A DNA stretch of 59,431 nt, taken from positions 1 to 59,431 of the forward strand of contig JAKBZR010000007.1 in the NCBI GenBank assembly GCA_021842405.1, in the 5' to 3' direction. This DNA comes from a bacterium. GTDB taxonomy: Bacteria; Armatimonadota; Chthonomonadetes; Chthonomonadales; JAMCWF01. The notes below the pieces were generated by a model, which did not search any database, had not been told where the DNA came from, and worked only from the letters and a program-made list of their open reading frames with translations. Numbering within the stretch: the first letter of the stretch is position 1; each line of letters starts with the position of its first letter. Shown here piece by piece: positions 47,105 to 56,354 of this stretch. The position numbers and the translations under genes were made by a program.

Positions 47105-48109
47105 ATGACGAAACGAACCGTTACGGTGAATCTCGGAATTAACGGCGCATTCATTACCCGACGATGGGAGGAGCCGGAAAACTGGATGCGGCTCACGCGG
47201 GAGTGCGGCTTTAACCAGCACTCCTTCTGTGGGGACGTGATTGATCCGTTTTTCTCGGGAGACCGTGAGTTTCAACTGGAACAAGCGACGGCCGCCAAAG
47301 AAGCGGCGAAACGCTATGGGGTGAAAATTTGTGACTTCTACACCGGCGTGGCGACCCACCGATTCCTGGGGCTTTCGCACCGGGATGAGCGGGCTCGGCG
47401 CCGGATGATGGAGTGGGTGGAAGGGGCGGCCGAAATTGCGGCCGCCATGGGAACCGATCGTCTCGGCGGCCACGTGGACGCCTTCTCGGTCGAGGTTCTC
47501 TCCGATCCGCAATTGACGAAAGAGGCCGTCGCGCGCCAATACCAGACGATCCACGAGTTGGCGGTCCGGCTGAAATCGAGCGGCATTCGGTGCCTGATGG
47601 TGGAGCAGATGTACATCCCCAGCGAAAAGCCCTACACGTTGGCGGAGTGCGAGGAGTTTTTAATCGAAACCAACCGAGGATTTTCGGGCATTCCGGTCAT
47701 TGTAACGCTGGATGTGGGCCACCAGGCCGGTGAGCACTACGGCCTTTCCGGCGCCGATACCGACTACGTGGAGTGGGTGCGGCGGTTCGGCGCGGTATCC
47801 GAAATCATCCATCTTCAGCAGACGACCCGAGACGCCTCGCACCACTGGCCTTTCACGGATGAGTATAACCGTCGCGGCCATATCAAAGTGGATGCGGTGC
47901 TGAAGGCGCTCTGGGAATCGCACCAGCGCTATGCCCAGCAGCCCTACGCATCGGTGCTGCCGCCGGTTAAAGAGCACGTGCTGGTTGCCGAGATCATTCC
48001 GGGTTCAACCAAGACGGAGGCCAAGCTGCTCGCCGAGCTCAAGGAATCGGCCGAATATCTAGCCGATTTTGTGCCGGAAGACGGCTTGCAATGGGAGTTT
48101 GAAAGATAG
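47105..48109 (+). CDS. Xylose isomerase-like TIM barrel protein (AP endonuclease 2 family)
   Basis: AAGAGGAG RBS. Motifs VEQM, LDVGH, IHLQQT and HWPFT. Confidence 0.85.
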   Translation: MTKRTVTVNLGINGAFITRRWEEPENWMRLTRECGFNQHSFCGDVIDPFFSGDREFQLEQATAAKEAAKRYGVKICDFYTGVATHRFLGLSHRDERARRRMMEWVEGAAEIAAAMGTDRLGGHVDAFSVEVLSDPQLTKEAVARQYQTIHELAVRLKSSGIRCLMVEQMYIPSEKPYTLAECEEFLIETNRGFSGIPVIVTLDVGHQAGEHYGLSGADTDYVEWVRRFGAVSEIIHLQQTTRDASHHWPFTDEYNRRGHIKVDAVLKALWESHQRYAQQPYASVLPPVKEHVLVAEIIPGSTKTEAKLLAELKESAEYLADFVPEDGLQWEFER

Positions 48110-48153
48110 GCGAGCCGGTTCGGAGCGATTATGCCCTTGTAAAAAACGTTATG

Positions 48154-48198
48154 ACTCCGGCAGTGTTATAGCGTAATTATCCTAACCTCACTACTCCT
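48154..48198. repeat. 45-bp direct repeat, copy 1 (42/45 identical to 57928-57972)
   Basis: ACTCCGGCAGTGTTATAGCGTAATTATCCTAACCTCACTACTCCT. Confidence 0.9.
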
Positions 48199-49012
48199 CC
48201 CGGCTGGCCAAGACCTCAATGCGGCTGATTTTCCAGCAGGCTAAAACGAGGAAAAGCAAGAGGAATACGACGAGGTACATCCAGGCGGCCGTCTCACTTT
48301 CGGGCGCCGCTTTTAGATACGATGCGTTGGCTTGGTTGAGATACTGGGGACAAAGGGTGTGTAGGTGGAACAGGATGGTGAACCGTTTTAAGAATCCTGG
48401 CAGCCAGCCGGCCAGATTTTCCCAACCAAAAGCGATGCATATCCCCCAAAAATGCGGAATTTTAAAGACGAGACCGATGAGTGTGAAGAGGGAGGTGTAG
48501 GCGGCGATGCCCAATGCGGCGGCAAGGGAATCCCTTTTCAGATTTCCGATGTCGTGGCTGAAGACGCCGTGCGAGGAGATGTGAGTCAGCAAATATGAGA
48601 CAAATATAGAAAAAACGACGCCCACCTCGATCACCGCGATAGTCCCCAAGAATTTCACGATGAGCCACAAACTGCGCGGAATCGGCCGGCCGAAGAGATA
48701 ACCGACCGTCCCCCCTTCCACCTCATCAGCGATCAGTGCGACCCCGAAAAACAGGGTGCATACTGGAATTAAAAAGGGGATGTAAAAGAGCGTTATGAGC
48801 AAATTGTAGAGCAATGAGCCGTTCATACCGACGATGTATCTCTTCGAGATGAGGAACTCCAGCAACAAAACGATTGCCCACGGAACCAGCATCAGGGAGA
48901 AAAGTATCGCGCCCTTCGAGGAAAGCATCAGGCGTCTTACCGTGAACCCAAAAATCGCCTTAACCGCTTCTCGGTATCTCAAGTACAGGTTTGGTGTTAT
49001 CGTTTCATTCAT
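48191..49012 (-). CDS. ABC-2 type transporter permease
   Basis: About 6 TM helices. Motif IADEVEGGTVGYLFGRPIPR. Confidence 0.88.
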   Translation of the reverse strand: MNETITPNLYLRYREAVKAIFGFTVRRLMLSSKGAILFSLMLVPWAIVLLLEFLISKRYIVGMNGSLLYNLLITLFYIPFLIPVCTLFFGVALIADEVEGGTVGYLFGRPIPRSLWLIVKFLGTIAVIEVGVVFSIFVSYLLTHISSHGVFSHDIGNLKRDSLAAALGIAAYTSLFTLIGLVFKIPHFWGICIAFGWENLAGWLPGFLKRFTILFHLHTLCPQYLNQANASYLKAAPESETAAWMYLVVFLLLFLVLACWKISRIEVLASREE

Positions 49013-49015
49013 CTT

Positions 49016-49930
49016 TTATGTCACGAGGTACTGAAAAACGGACGCTAAATTGTCGTCCAGTGGGTTGAGAATTTCCAGTCCGAAGTCCTCATTCGCCATC
49101 AGCTCGCCCAATTCGGCATAGAAACCGCTCGCATCGGCGACCTCGATCGTCAGGTTTTTGCTATCTTCTCCGAATTCGAGCGATTTGACGGTAGGCCAGG
49201 CGATCAGGGAAGCGCCGAGTCGCCTACCATCGGCGCAGCGCAAGGAGATCCGCAGCGGTCGGCTTGCGATGGCTTCGCGAACCTCCGGAACTTCACCCGA
49301 AGCGAGCAGGCGTCCGTGGTGCAAAAGAAGAATCCGGGAGGTCATCGCCTCCACTTCATGCAGCACATGGGATGACACCATCACGCATTTGCCGGCTGCG
49401 CCCCACTGCCGGATCAGCTTTATCGTTGTGGCCCGGCTCGGAGGGTCCATACCGTTCAGCGGTTCATCCAGCAGCAAAATGGGTGGGTTATGGACGATCG
49501 CCTGAGCCATTTTCACCTTTTGCCGCATTCCTTTGCTCATACGGCGGATTTTCTTTTGCCCTTCCGCTCCGATCGCCACCTCGTCGAGCGCTTCCTTTGC
49601 TCGGCGGCGCGCGTCATCGAGGGTGAGGCCGGACAACCGCCCCATATAGGTTACGAACGCCTCGCCGGATAGATCCTCATAAAATTTGTCTATTGAGGGG
49701 CAGTAACCGATCTTGCGAATGGCTTTACCATTGCTGAACACCGGCGCGTTGCCCACCGTGACGGATCCGGTGGAAGGTTTCAAAAGCCCGCCCATCAGGT
49801 TCAGCAAAGTGCTCTTTCCCGCACCGTTCACGCCCAGCAAGCCGGTTACGCCGGGCTCGAGGGAGAGCGATACGCGGTTGATGCCCACCACAATGCCATA
49901 CCACTTTGAGACGTTGGTCACTTTGATCAC
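49016..49930 (-). CDS. ABC transporter ATP-binding protein
   Basis: Motifs GVNGAGKST, MSKGMRQK, LLLDEP and SSH. Confidence 0.93.
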   Translation of the reverse strand: MIKVTNVSKWYGIVVGINRVSLSLEPGVTGLLGVNGAGKSTLLNLMGGLLKPSTGSVTVGNAPVFSNGKAIRKIGYCPSIDKFYEDLSGEAFVTYMGRLSGLTLDDARRRAKEALDEVAIGAEGQKKIRRMSKGMRQKVKMAQAIVHNPPILLLDEPLNGMDPPSRATTIKLIRQWGAAGKCVMVSSHVLHEVEAMTSRILLLHHGRLLASGEVPEVREAIASRPLRISLRCADGRRLGASLIAWPTVKSLEFGEDSKNLTIEVADASGFYAELGELMANEDFGLEILNPLDDNLASVFQYLVT

Positions 49931-50799
49931 CGCAGTATCTCCCGGCGGTAGAAGCGAAGAGAGAGGATTGTGAGGCTGAGCAGCGCCATCACCCCGAAAA
50001 AGGTGACCGAATGAAGGATCGAGATGGGGTACTCGGTGCTTACTCCAAGGCAGTGACAGGCCAGCGCCTGCAGCTCACCAATTGGGCTGAAAATCCAAAC
50101 GATCGGCTTGTGTGTGTTAAACCATAGAATTTTCGATACCGATAGGCCGAAGAAGAGGATGAGGACGAGTATCAGGCCTGCCACACGAGGATTCTCGCCC
50201 AGGGCGGATAAGGCAAGGATAAAAAGTATTAGAGCGCCGAACCCGCCAATCGAATACAGCAGGGTTCCCCATAATATCCGTATGTGGTGCCATAGGAAAG
50301 ATACGTTGCCCGTCAGCCCCACCTGAAAAATCAGCACGATGATCAGGGGAATTAGGGTGATACCCAGCAGAAATACGCCCAATGCCGCCCCTTTGCTCCA
50401 TATATACTGGGCGGGACCGAGCGCCCGGCCGAGGAAAACCTCCATCGTGCGCTCCTTGCGATCCCTGGCAATGAGACCGGATCCAACCCACACCGAGATG
50501 ATAACGAGCATGAGGATGGTCCAGGGATTGGTGAGAATGCGCGCGATTAATTTTTCATCCATTGGCGGCAACTGGCTGTTCATCGAGGAGGGCCAATACT
50601 CATTTCCCATTTGAGTGCGCAAAAAGGTGGGACCGATTCCCATAATCACCCATGGCAGAAGCGTAAGTGCGATCAATAAGATAAAGATTCGCTTCTTGGT
50701 ATAGGGGAGGATCTCCTCACGCATCAGCGGAATCCAGCGTCTCCTTCTTGAAGTGCGGGCGCCGGTATAGCTTTCATACCCCTGATCGTAGATCGGCAT
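49927..50799 (-). CDS. ABC-2 type transporter permease
   Basis: MPIYDQGY start. About 6 TM helices. Motif GSGLIARD...F.R.L...QY. Confidence 0.85.
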   Translation of the reverse strand: MPIYDQGYESYTGARTSRRRRWIPLMREEILPYTKKRIFILLIALTLLPWVIMGIGPTFLRTQMGNEYWPSSMNSQLPPMDEKLIARILTNPWTILMLVIISVWVGSGLIARDRKERTMEVFLGRALGPAQYIWSKGAALGVFLLGITLIPLIIVLIFQVGLTGNVSFLWHHIRILWGTLLYSIGGFGALILFILALSALGENPRVAGLILVLILFFGLSVSKILWFNTHKPIVWIFSPIGELQALACHCLGVSTEYPISILHSVTFFGVMALLSLTILSLRFYRREILR

Positions 50800-51717
50800 T
50801 CAGGTTCCCTTCCTCAAAGCCTGAAGAAAGACTTCCTCCAGCGTGGTGCGCTCATGAACGAGGCGGTGGATCGTGCCATCCAGCCCGCCTGCGAGCGAAA
50901 AGAGATCCTTCAGCCCCTTTCCAGGCGGGATAACCACGCGCAAGAGGCCGTTTTCACTGGGGTTGACGCCCCATCCATGATCCTCGAGGGCGTGGAACAG
51001 AAGCTCCCTTTCGCCGTGCCACTGAACGAGGTAGTGCCGGCTCTCACTCCGGCTCCAATCCTCGATGCCAAGATGAGAGAGGACCTCCCCTTGGTGGAGA
51101 ATGATCACCTGGGTACAGATCGCCTCCACATCCTTGAGGATATGGGTGGAAAGGAGGATGGTTTTACCCTGTTTCGCCAGATCCTGGCATAAATCGAGCA
51201 TCTCCTGGCGCCCGCCCGGATCCATGCCGGCCGTTGGCTCATCCAACAAAACCAGCTCCGGATCGTGAACCAGCGCGGCGGCCAATTTCAGGCGCTGCTG
51301 CATGCCGGTCGAGTAGGTTTGGACCTCTCGGTAGCGGCTTTCCCCCAATCCAACGTACTGCAGCACATCGTGCGCCCGCTCGATCGCGGGACGGCGCGGC
51401 AGCCCCGAGATTTCACCCAAGAATGCGACCCACCCCACACCGGTCATGCCGCTTCGGAGCCCCTCCTTTTCGGGCACGTAACCGATCTTCTCGCGGAGAG
51501 CTGCCCCGAGGTTGGATGTGTTTTCACCTTTAAACAGGAAATGGCCGCTCGATGGGGGGACTAGATTGAGGAGTGCTTTGATGAGTGTGGTTTTTCCGGC
51601 GCCGTTGGGGCCGAGCAGCCCCACCGTATTGTCGCTGATGTCGAAGGTCACTTCTTTGAGAGCCTTCGTTTTGCCGTAGTATACAGAAACGTCTTGTGCC
51701 GAAAGTACGTTTTGCAT
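50800..51717 (-). CDS. ABC transporter ATP-binding protein
   Basis: Motifs GPNGAGKTT, YSTGMQQR, LLDEPT, STH and LEEVF. Confidence 0.93.
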   Translation of the reverse strand: MQNVLSAQDVSVYYGKTKALKEVTFDISDNTVGLLGPNGAGKTTLIKALLNLVPPSSGHFLFKGENTSNLGAALREKIGYVPEKEGLRSGMTGVGWVAFLGEISGLPRRPAIERAHDVLQYVGLGESRYREVQTYSTGMQQRLKLAAALVHDPELVLLDEPTAGMDPGGRQEMLDLCQDLAKQGKTILLSTHILKDVEAICTQVIILHQGEVLSHLGIEDWSRSESRHYLVQWHGERELLFHALEDHGWGVNPSENGLLRVVIPPGKGLKDLFSLAGGLDGTIHRLVHERTTLEEVFLQALRKGT

Positions 51718-51752
51718 GCACTCATTATACCCATCAATATCAAAATGGCTGG

Positions 51753-51914
51753 AAAGGGTTCAGTTTGTAAGAGTTCAGCTTTATGGGAATAAATAATTTT
51801 TACGTTGCCCACCTCACCCCCCATCCCCCTCCCCCCTCGTGTCTATACACCTAGGAGGGGGAAGGAGTTTAGCGGCGGATCGAACGAAAATCATTCCCAC
51901 AAAACTGAACTCTT
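51753..51914. repeat. Family A TIR repeat element, copy A6 (duplicated left end)
   Basis: AAAGGGTTCAGTTTGT-AAGAGTTCAGCTTTATGGGAAT ... AATCATTCCCACAAAACTGAACTCTT. Confidence 0.88.
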
Positions 51915-52055
51915 ACAAAGAGAAGACAGTAAGCACTTTCGCATTCCTATAAATCCACTCGCCCATTCTCTCTGAAATTGTGCAGATGTTATCGCGATTA
52001 TTGACTATTTTCAAAAATGCGGTCCCTTTCTCGGCGACAAGGTAAGAAGCCCCAG

Positions 52056-52085
52056 TTGACACCAACCGCCTTCCGCCAATATACT
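52056..52085 (+). promoter_or_regulatory. Candidate sigma70 promoter for wzm/wzt
   Basis: TTGACA-18 bp-TATACT. Confidence 0.5.
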
Positions 52086-52195
52086 ATCAACGATTTTTTA
52101 AGACACCGGGCAATCCATCTTAAGGTTGCCTGTTTTAATCCACCCTTGAAAAAGCGGATGCCACCACCGGCGGCCGCGAGCGAGCGTATCTCTCA

Positions 52196-53035
52196 GTGAT
52201 TGAAGAGTTAAAGGAAGTCTGGCGTTTTCGCGAGCTTTTAATTCAGCTTGTCGCACGTGATCTGAAGGTTCGCTACAAAAATTCGGTGCTCGGCTTTTTC
52301 TGGTCGCTGGCCAATCCACTGGTTCAGGTTGCGGTAATTACAATCGTATTTAAAACCATGACCGGGATGGTGAAAGTGCCCAACTACTCGGCCTACGTGC
52401 TTTGCGCCTTCATCCCCTGGAACTACTTTCAGACCGCGGTGCTCGATTCAAGCCAGTCCATATTGCTGATGTTCCCGGTCATCAAGAAGGTCTACCTGCC
52501 GCGAGAGCTCATCCCGCTGTCCAACGCGATCAGCAACTTCATTCATTTTTTGCTGGCTTGGATCGTCTTTTTCCTATACCTCTACGGCTACCTGCGGGCA
52601 CCGGTGCTCATTACGGTGTTGCTGCTGCCGGTGCTGGTCATCATTCAGTTTATCTTCACGCTGGGCGTCAGCCTCTATGTGTCCTGCCTGAACGTCTTTT
52701 ACGAAGACGTCAAGTACCTGGTAACCGTTCTGCTGAACCTCTTTTTCTTTTTACTGCCGTTGATCTATTTCACCGAGAACGTCTATTTTGCGCACAGCAT
52801 CCCGCCGAAATGGCACATGTTGGTCTATCGTCTCTACATGCTGAACCCGGTCGCCTGCTTAATCACCGCCTTTCGGAAATCGTTCCTGCAACCGCTGCCG
52901 GCCCACATGTTTCCACACAATCTGCCGCTGGACTACATCAGCATTGAAATATCAGGCGTTTTTTCGGTGTTGGTGCTGGTAACCGGCTACGCCTATTTCA
53001 ATGCCCGCAAGTGGCAATTTGTGGAGAAGCCATAA
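52196..53035 (+). CDS. Polysaccharide/teichoic acid export ABC permease (Wzm/TagG-like)
   Basis: Motifs RDLKVRYKNSVLGFFWSLANPL, IKKVYLPRE and LNPV. Confidence 0.92.
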   Translation: MIEELKEVWRFRELLIQLVARDLKVRYKNSVLGFFWSLANPLVQVAVITIVFKTMTGMVKVPNYSAYVLCAFIPWNYFQTAVLDSSQSILLMFPVIKKVYLPRELIPLSNAISNFIHFLLAWIVFFLYLYGYLRAPVLITVLLLPVLVIIQFIFTLGVSLYVSCLNVFYEDVKYLVTVLLNLFFFLLPLIYFTENVYFAHSIPPKWHMLVYRLYMLNPVACLITAFRKSFLQPLPAHMFPHNLPLDYISIEISGVFSVLVLVTGYAYFNARKWQFVEKP

Positions 53036-53808
53036 TGGATCAACCGGCGATCGAGCTTCGCGGCCTGCGTAAAGTATTCCGCATGATTCATCAGCGCCAT
53101 GGCACCTTGAAGCGGGCGGCACTCAATCTATTAAGGCGACAGAAAAAGGAGTGGGTGGTAGCCATTGATCACCTGGACCTGGAGGTGGCGCACGGGGAGA
53201 CGCTGGCGGTGATCGGCCGCAACGGCTCCGGCAAATCCACGCTGTTGGGCATCTTAAGCCGTGTTTACCGCCCCACCGCAGGCATCGTGAAGGTCAATGG
53301 AAAGATCGCGCCGCTGCTGGAACTGGGCGCCGGATTTCATCCCGATTTAAACGGCATCGAGAATATCTACCTGGACGCATCCATCCTGGGCCTATCCCGC
53401 CGGCAAACCAGTGAGAGGCTGGATTCGATCCTGGAGTTCGCCTTCGTGGAGCCGGGGCGGGATTTGCGATCGTTTGCCGATATTCCGGTTCGTAACTATT
53501 CCGATGGAATGAAGATGCGGTTGGGCTTCTCGGTTGCCATTCATACCGATCCCGACATTTTGCTGGTGGATGAGGTGCTGGCGGTCGGGGATGAGCTATT
53601 TCAGCACCGCTGCCTGAAAAAGATCAGCGAGTTCCAGCAAGCCGGGAAGACGATCATCTTTGTCAGCCATCAGCTCTGGGTGATTGAGAAGGTGGCGACC
53701 CGCATCATCTGGCTCCAGGACGGTCGAATGGTGGCGGATGGCGAACCGGCTTCAATATTGGCTCGTTACCGGGAGGCGGAGGTTTCCGGCCCCTCCCCCC
53801 CGGCTTAA
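53035..53808 (+). CDS. Polysaccharide export ABC ATPase (Wzt/TagH-like, no C-terminal binding domain)
   Basis: Motifs GRNGSGKST, LELGAGFHPDL, YSDGMKMRLGF, DEVLAVGD and VSH. TAATG coupling to wzm. Confidence 0.92.
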   Translation: MDQPAIELRGLRKVFRMIHQRHGTLKRAALNLLRRQKKEWVVAIDHLDLEVAHGETLAVIGRNGSGKSTLLGILSRVYRPTAGIVKVNGKIAPLLELGAGFHPDLNGIENIYLDASILGLSRRQTSERLDSILEFAFVEPGRDLRSFADIPVRNYSDGMKMRLGFSVAIHTDPDILLVDEVLAVGDELFQHRCLKKISEFQQAGKTIIFVSHQLWVIEKVATRIIWLQDGRMVADGEPASILARYREAEVSGPSPPA

Positions 53809-53813
53809 CAAGA

Positions 53814-54923
53814 TCAGATCGTAATAGCAGTGGAGATGGAGCTTTGCACGACCTCGTCGGCGGTTACTTCCCGGCCTCGCGCTTCGGAAAGATAGATGCC
53901 TTCCGAGATCAGCATCGTATTCAAGGCGATATCGGCGGTCGGTATCAATTCCACCTTTCCCTGCAGCGCCGCGATCCAGTGTTCTTGAGAGCCGCCGTAT
54001 CCGATGATCTTTTTCACATTATTCCAGCGGTAGAGGGCGGCGCCTAAATTAACGGTTCCGTCAATATCCAGGTTTCCGACGCTGCGGAAAAAGCCGAACG
54101 GATCCAACCGAACTCCCCCCTTAGTGCCGAGGACGCAGGATCCCTCGATTTGATCCAAATTGAGGGCCCAAGCCTCGATGATGTCCATCGTCATATCGCC
54201 GGCAAATCGCACGAAGCCCAGTCCCAGCTCCTCCACGTTGTAGCCGGAGGTTTTCCGACGGGCCTCATCCATCTCCAGCTTTTGGTAGGTCTTGCCGCTG
54301 ATCCGCTCAACGCTTGGATTGCCCAACAGGTAGAGGACCTGGGCGATGTGGTAGACGCCCATATCGTAAAGGGCGCCGCCGGCCGCATTTTGCTTCTGGA
54401 CAAAAGTGGGGGTACCGTAGCCATCCACGTAGGGCCTCCCCCGGCGCCGGTGGCCGGTGGATCGGGCGTGATAGAGCTCGCCCAGCTCGCCCGCCTCGAT
54501 CAGCTCTTTGGCGGCTCTGGTTTCATTGCTGTAGAGGGTTGAAAGCTGAATGTGGAGCTTTTTGCCCAGCTTTTTGGCGGTCTCCCACATCGTTCGTGCA
54601 TCGCGATAGGAACCCGCCATCGGCTTTTCACAATAGACGTGCTTATCGGCCTCCAATCCCGCAACGGTTGCCGGCATGTGAAGGTTGTTGTGCAGGCAGA
54701 CATCCACCGCTTCCATGTCATCCCGCTTCAGCATTTCGCTGATTGAGGTGTAGACGTTCGGGATGTGAAACTCATCCGCCGCCTTTCGGGCCGCCGTTTC
54801 GTTGACATCACAACAGGCGACTAATTGCGCATCTGATATGCCGCTGTATGTCCGCATATGGTGTTGGGCGATCTGCCCGCAACCGATCATCCCAATGCGG
54901 ATTTTTTTATCCGTTTCGCTCAT
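53814..54923 (-). CDS. Gfo/Idh/MocA family oxidoreductase
   Basis: Motifs IGCGQIA, HVYCEKP and [10 protein letters not shown]. Confidence 0.93.
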   Translation of the reverse strand: MSETDKKIRIGMIGCGQIAQHHMRTYSGISDAQLVACCDVNETAARKAADEFHIPNVYTSISEMLKRDDMEAVDVCLHNNLHMPATVAGLEADKHVYCEKPMAGSYRDARTMWETAKKLGKKLHIQLSTLYSNETRAAKELIEAGELGELYHARSTGHRRRGRPYVDGYGTPTFVQKQNAAGGALYDMGVYHIAQVLYLLGNPSVERISGKTYQKLEMDEARRKTSGYNVEELGLGFVRFAGDMTMDIIEAWALNLDQIEGSCVLGTKGGVRLDPFGFFRSVGNLDIDGTVNLGAALYRWNNVKKIIGYGGSQEHWIAALQGKVELIPTADIALNTMLISEGIYLSEARGREVTADEVVQSSISTAITI

Positions 54924-54947
54924 TCAAAAATCTCCTTACTATTATTA

Positions 54948-55790
54948 TTATGTGACCGGCACCAGCCGGCGGATGAGCGCGATGGTTTTGCGCGCACCGG
55001 CGTGCTCATCGCCGTCATCCGGCACCGATTCGATGCCCCAAATCCCATGATAGCCTGCTTCCAGCAGCAGGCGGATCGCCTCCTCCACGTTTTCGCCCAC
55101 CTCGTTGCCGTCATCATCCCAATGCAGTGTCTTAATGTGCAACCCCTTGGCGTACCGCGCGCAACGGGCGCGTCCCTCATCTCGAAAACCAGTCTTCCAA
55201 TTATGCGTGTCCAATAATAGCCCCAGCCCCGGCACGTTCTCCAACAGTTTGATCACGTTATCCGGCAAAACAGTCGGCCCCCAGTGATTCTCGACCAGCA
55301 CCTCGATCCCTTTTTCGCCGGCCCGATCAATGACATCCCGGTATCCTTCCTGGATGATCTTGAACACCTCGGCCGGCATATCTTCAGGGCCGCCCGCGTC
55401 AATCCGCACCTGATCGGCTCCCAACCGTTCAGCCACCTCCAGCCAGCGATAAGCGCGCGCCCGGTTCAGCGCCCGCTTATTGGATTCGGGTTCGTAAATA
55501 TGGGCGCCATCCGCCGCAATCAAACCGAAAGGAAGTTCGACCTCATCGGCAGCCGCCTTTACCTGTTCGAGATAGTACAGCTCTTCATCGGACAGCAGCC
55601 GGCCCGCATCCATGAAGTGCTCATCCTTGATTTTCTCATCGTTTCGGCGGATGAGATCCAGATGGTAGTTCCACGGATCGAGCTGAGTGCAGCCCAGCTC
55701 CTTGCAATCCCGAATGTACTGAAAAATGTCTTGCCTCCCGGCTCCAAGCAGACGATGAAAGCTGTATGAGCAAATTCCAATCTCCAGCAT
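54948..55790 (-). CDS. Sugar phosphate isomerase/epimerase (AP endonuclease 2 family)
   Basis: Motifs CSYSF, VENHWG, LDTHNW, HIK and GYHGIWGIE. Confidence 0.88.
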   Translation of the reverse strand: MLEIGICSYSFHRLLGAGRQDIFQYIRDCKELGCTQLDPWNYHLDLIRRNDEKIKDEHFMDAGRLLSDEELYYLEQVKAAADEVELPFGLIAADGAHIYEPESNKRALNRARAYRWLEVAERLGADQVRIDAGGPEDMPAEVFKIIQEGYRDVIDRAGEKGIEVLVENHWGPTVLPDNVIKLLENVPGLGLLLDTHNWKTGFRDEGRARCARYAKGLHIKTLHWDDDGNEVGENVEEAIRLLLEAGYHGIWGIESVPDDGDEHAGARKTIALIRRLVPVT

Positions 55791-56059
55791 AGCTCCGTCC
55801 TTTCTAATCAATCAACGCAATCGGCGGGCTGATTGCGTTGATTTAGGCAATAACGATGCGGGAATATTCGACGTCGGGGCCGATAGTTCCTTGAGGATTG
55901 TGCGAAATAGCTTAACAACCTTATGGTAAGTTTGCACCGCTGTCCCATGTGTATTGGAATGAAATAATTGCGCCATCTCTTGATTGATGGAAGCGGATTA
56001 AGGTACACTGAAGCCTGTCACTCGGTGATGTGAGGTCCTATTCCTCACCGGGATGTCGG

Positions 56060-56132
56060 GGGTCGTTAGCTCAGGCGGCAGAGCATCTCCCTTTTAAGGA
56101 GAGGGTCGTAGGTTCGAGTCCTACACGACCCA
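56060..56132 (+). tRNA. tRNA-Lys (anticodon UUU), CCA not encoded
   Basis: Acceptor stem GGGTCGT/ACGACCC, D-arm GCTC/GAGC, anticodon arm TCTCC-CTTTTAA-GGAGA and T-arm GTAGG-TTCGAGT-CCTAC. Confidence 0.97.
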
Positions 56133-56154
56133 ATTTTATTGGATCGCTCATTTC

Positions 56155-56321
56155 TTCAATGCCTCCCCAGAACTCGGTGAAATCGGCGTCCACTCCCTGA
56201 GACCATCCGCTAATCCCCGAGTTTGGGATAGGGATGCGATGCCTGCAGAACGGGGAACCACACATTCACCCGACGAACGAAAGAGAATATCGCTACACCG
56301 GTGTGAGCGAAGCATTCTGAA
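56155..56321 (+). ncRNA. Candidate 6S RNA
   Basis: About 165 nt. The ends pair (AATGC/GCATT and CGGTG/CACCG). Contains CCCTGAG and ACACATTCACC, reminiscent of 6S bubble-flanking motifs. No credible ORF. Confidence 0.5.
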
Positions 56322-56354
56322 CCGTTCGTAAAATCCACCGATTATGAGGTTGAC

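Noticed and set aside
56060-56132. tRNA-Lys as an integration site for an island
   Set aside because: No integrase nearby and no duplicated tRNA 3' end seen in the window.
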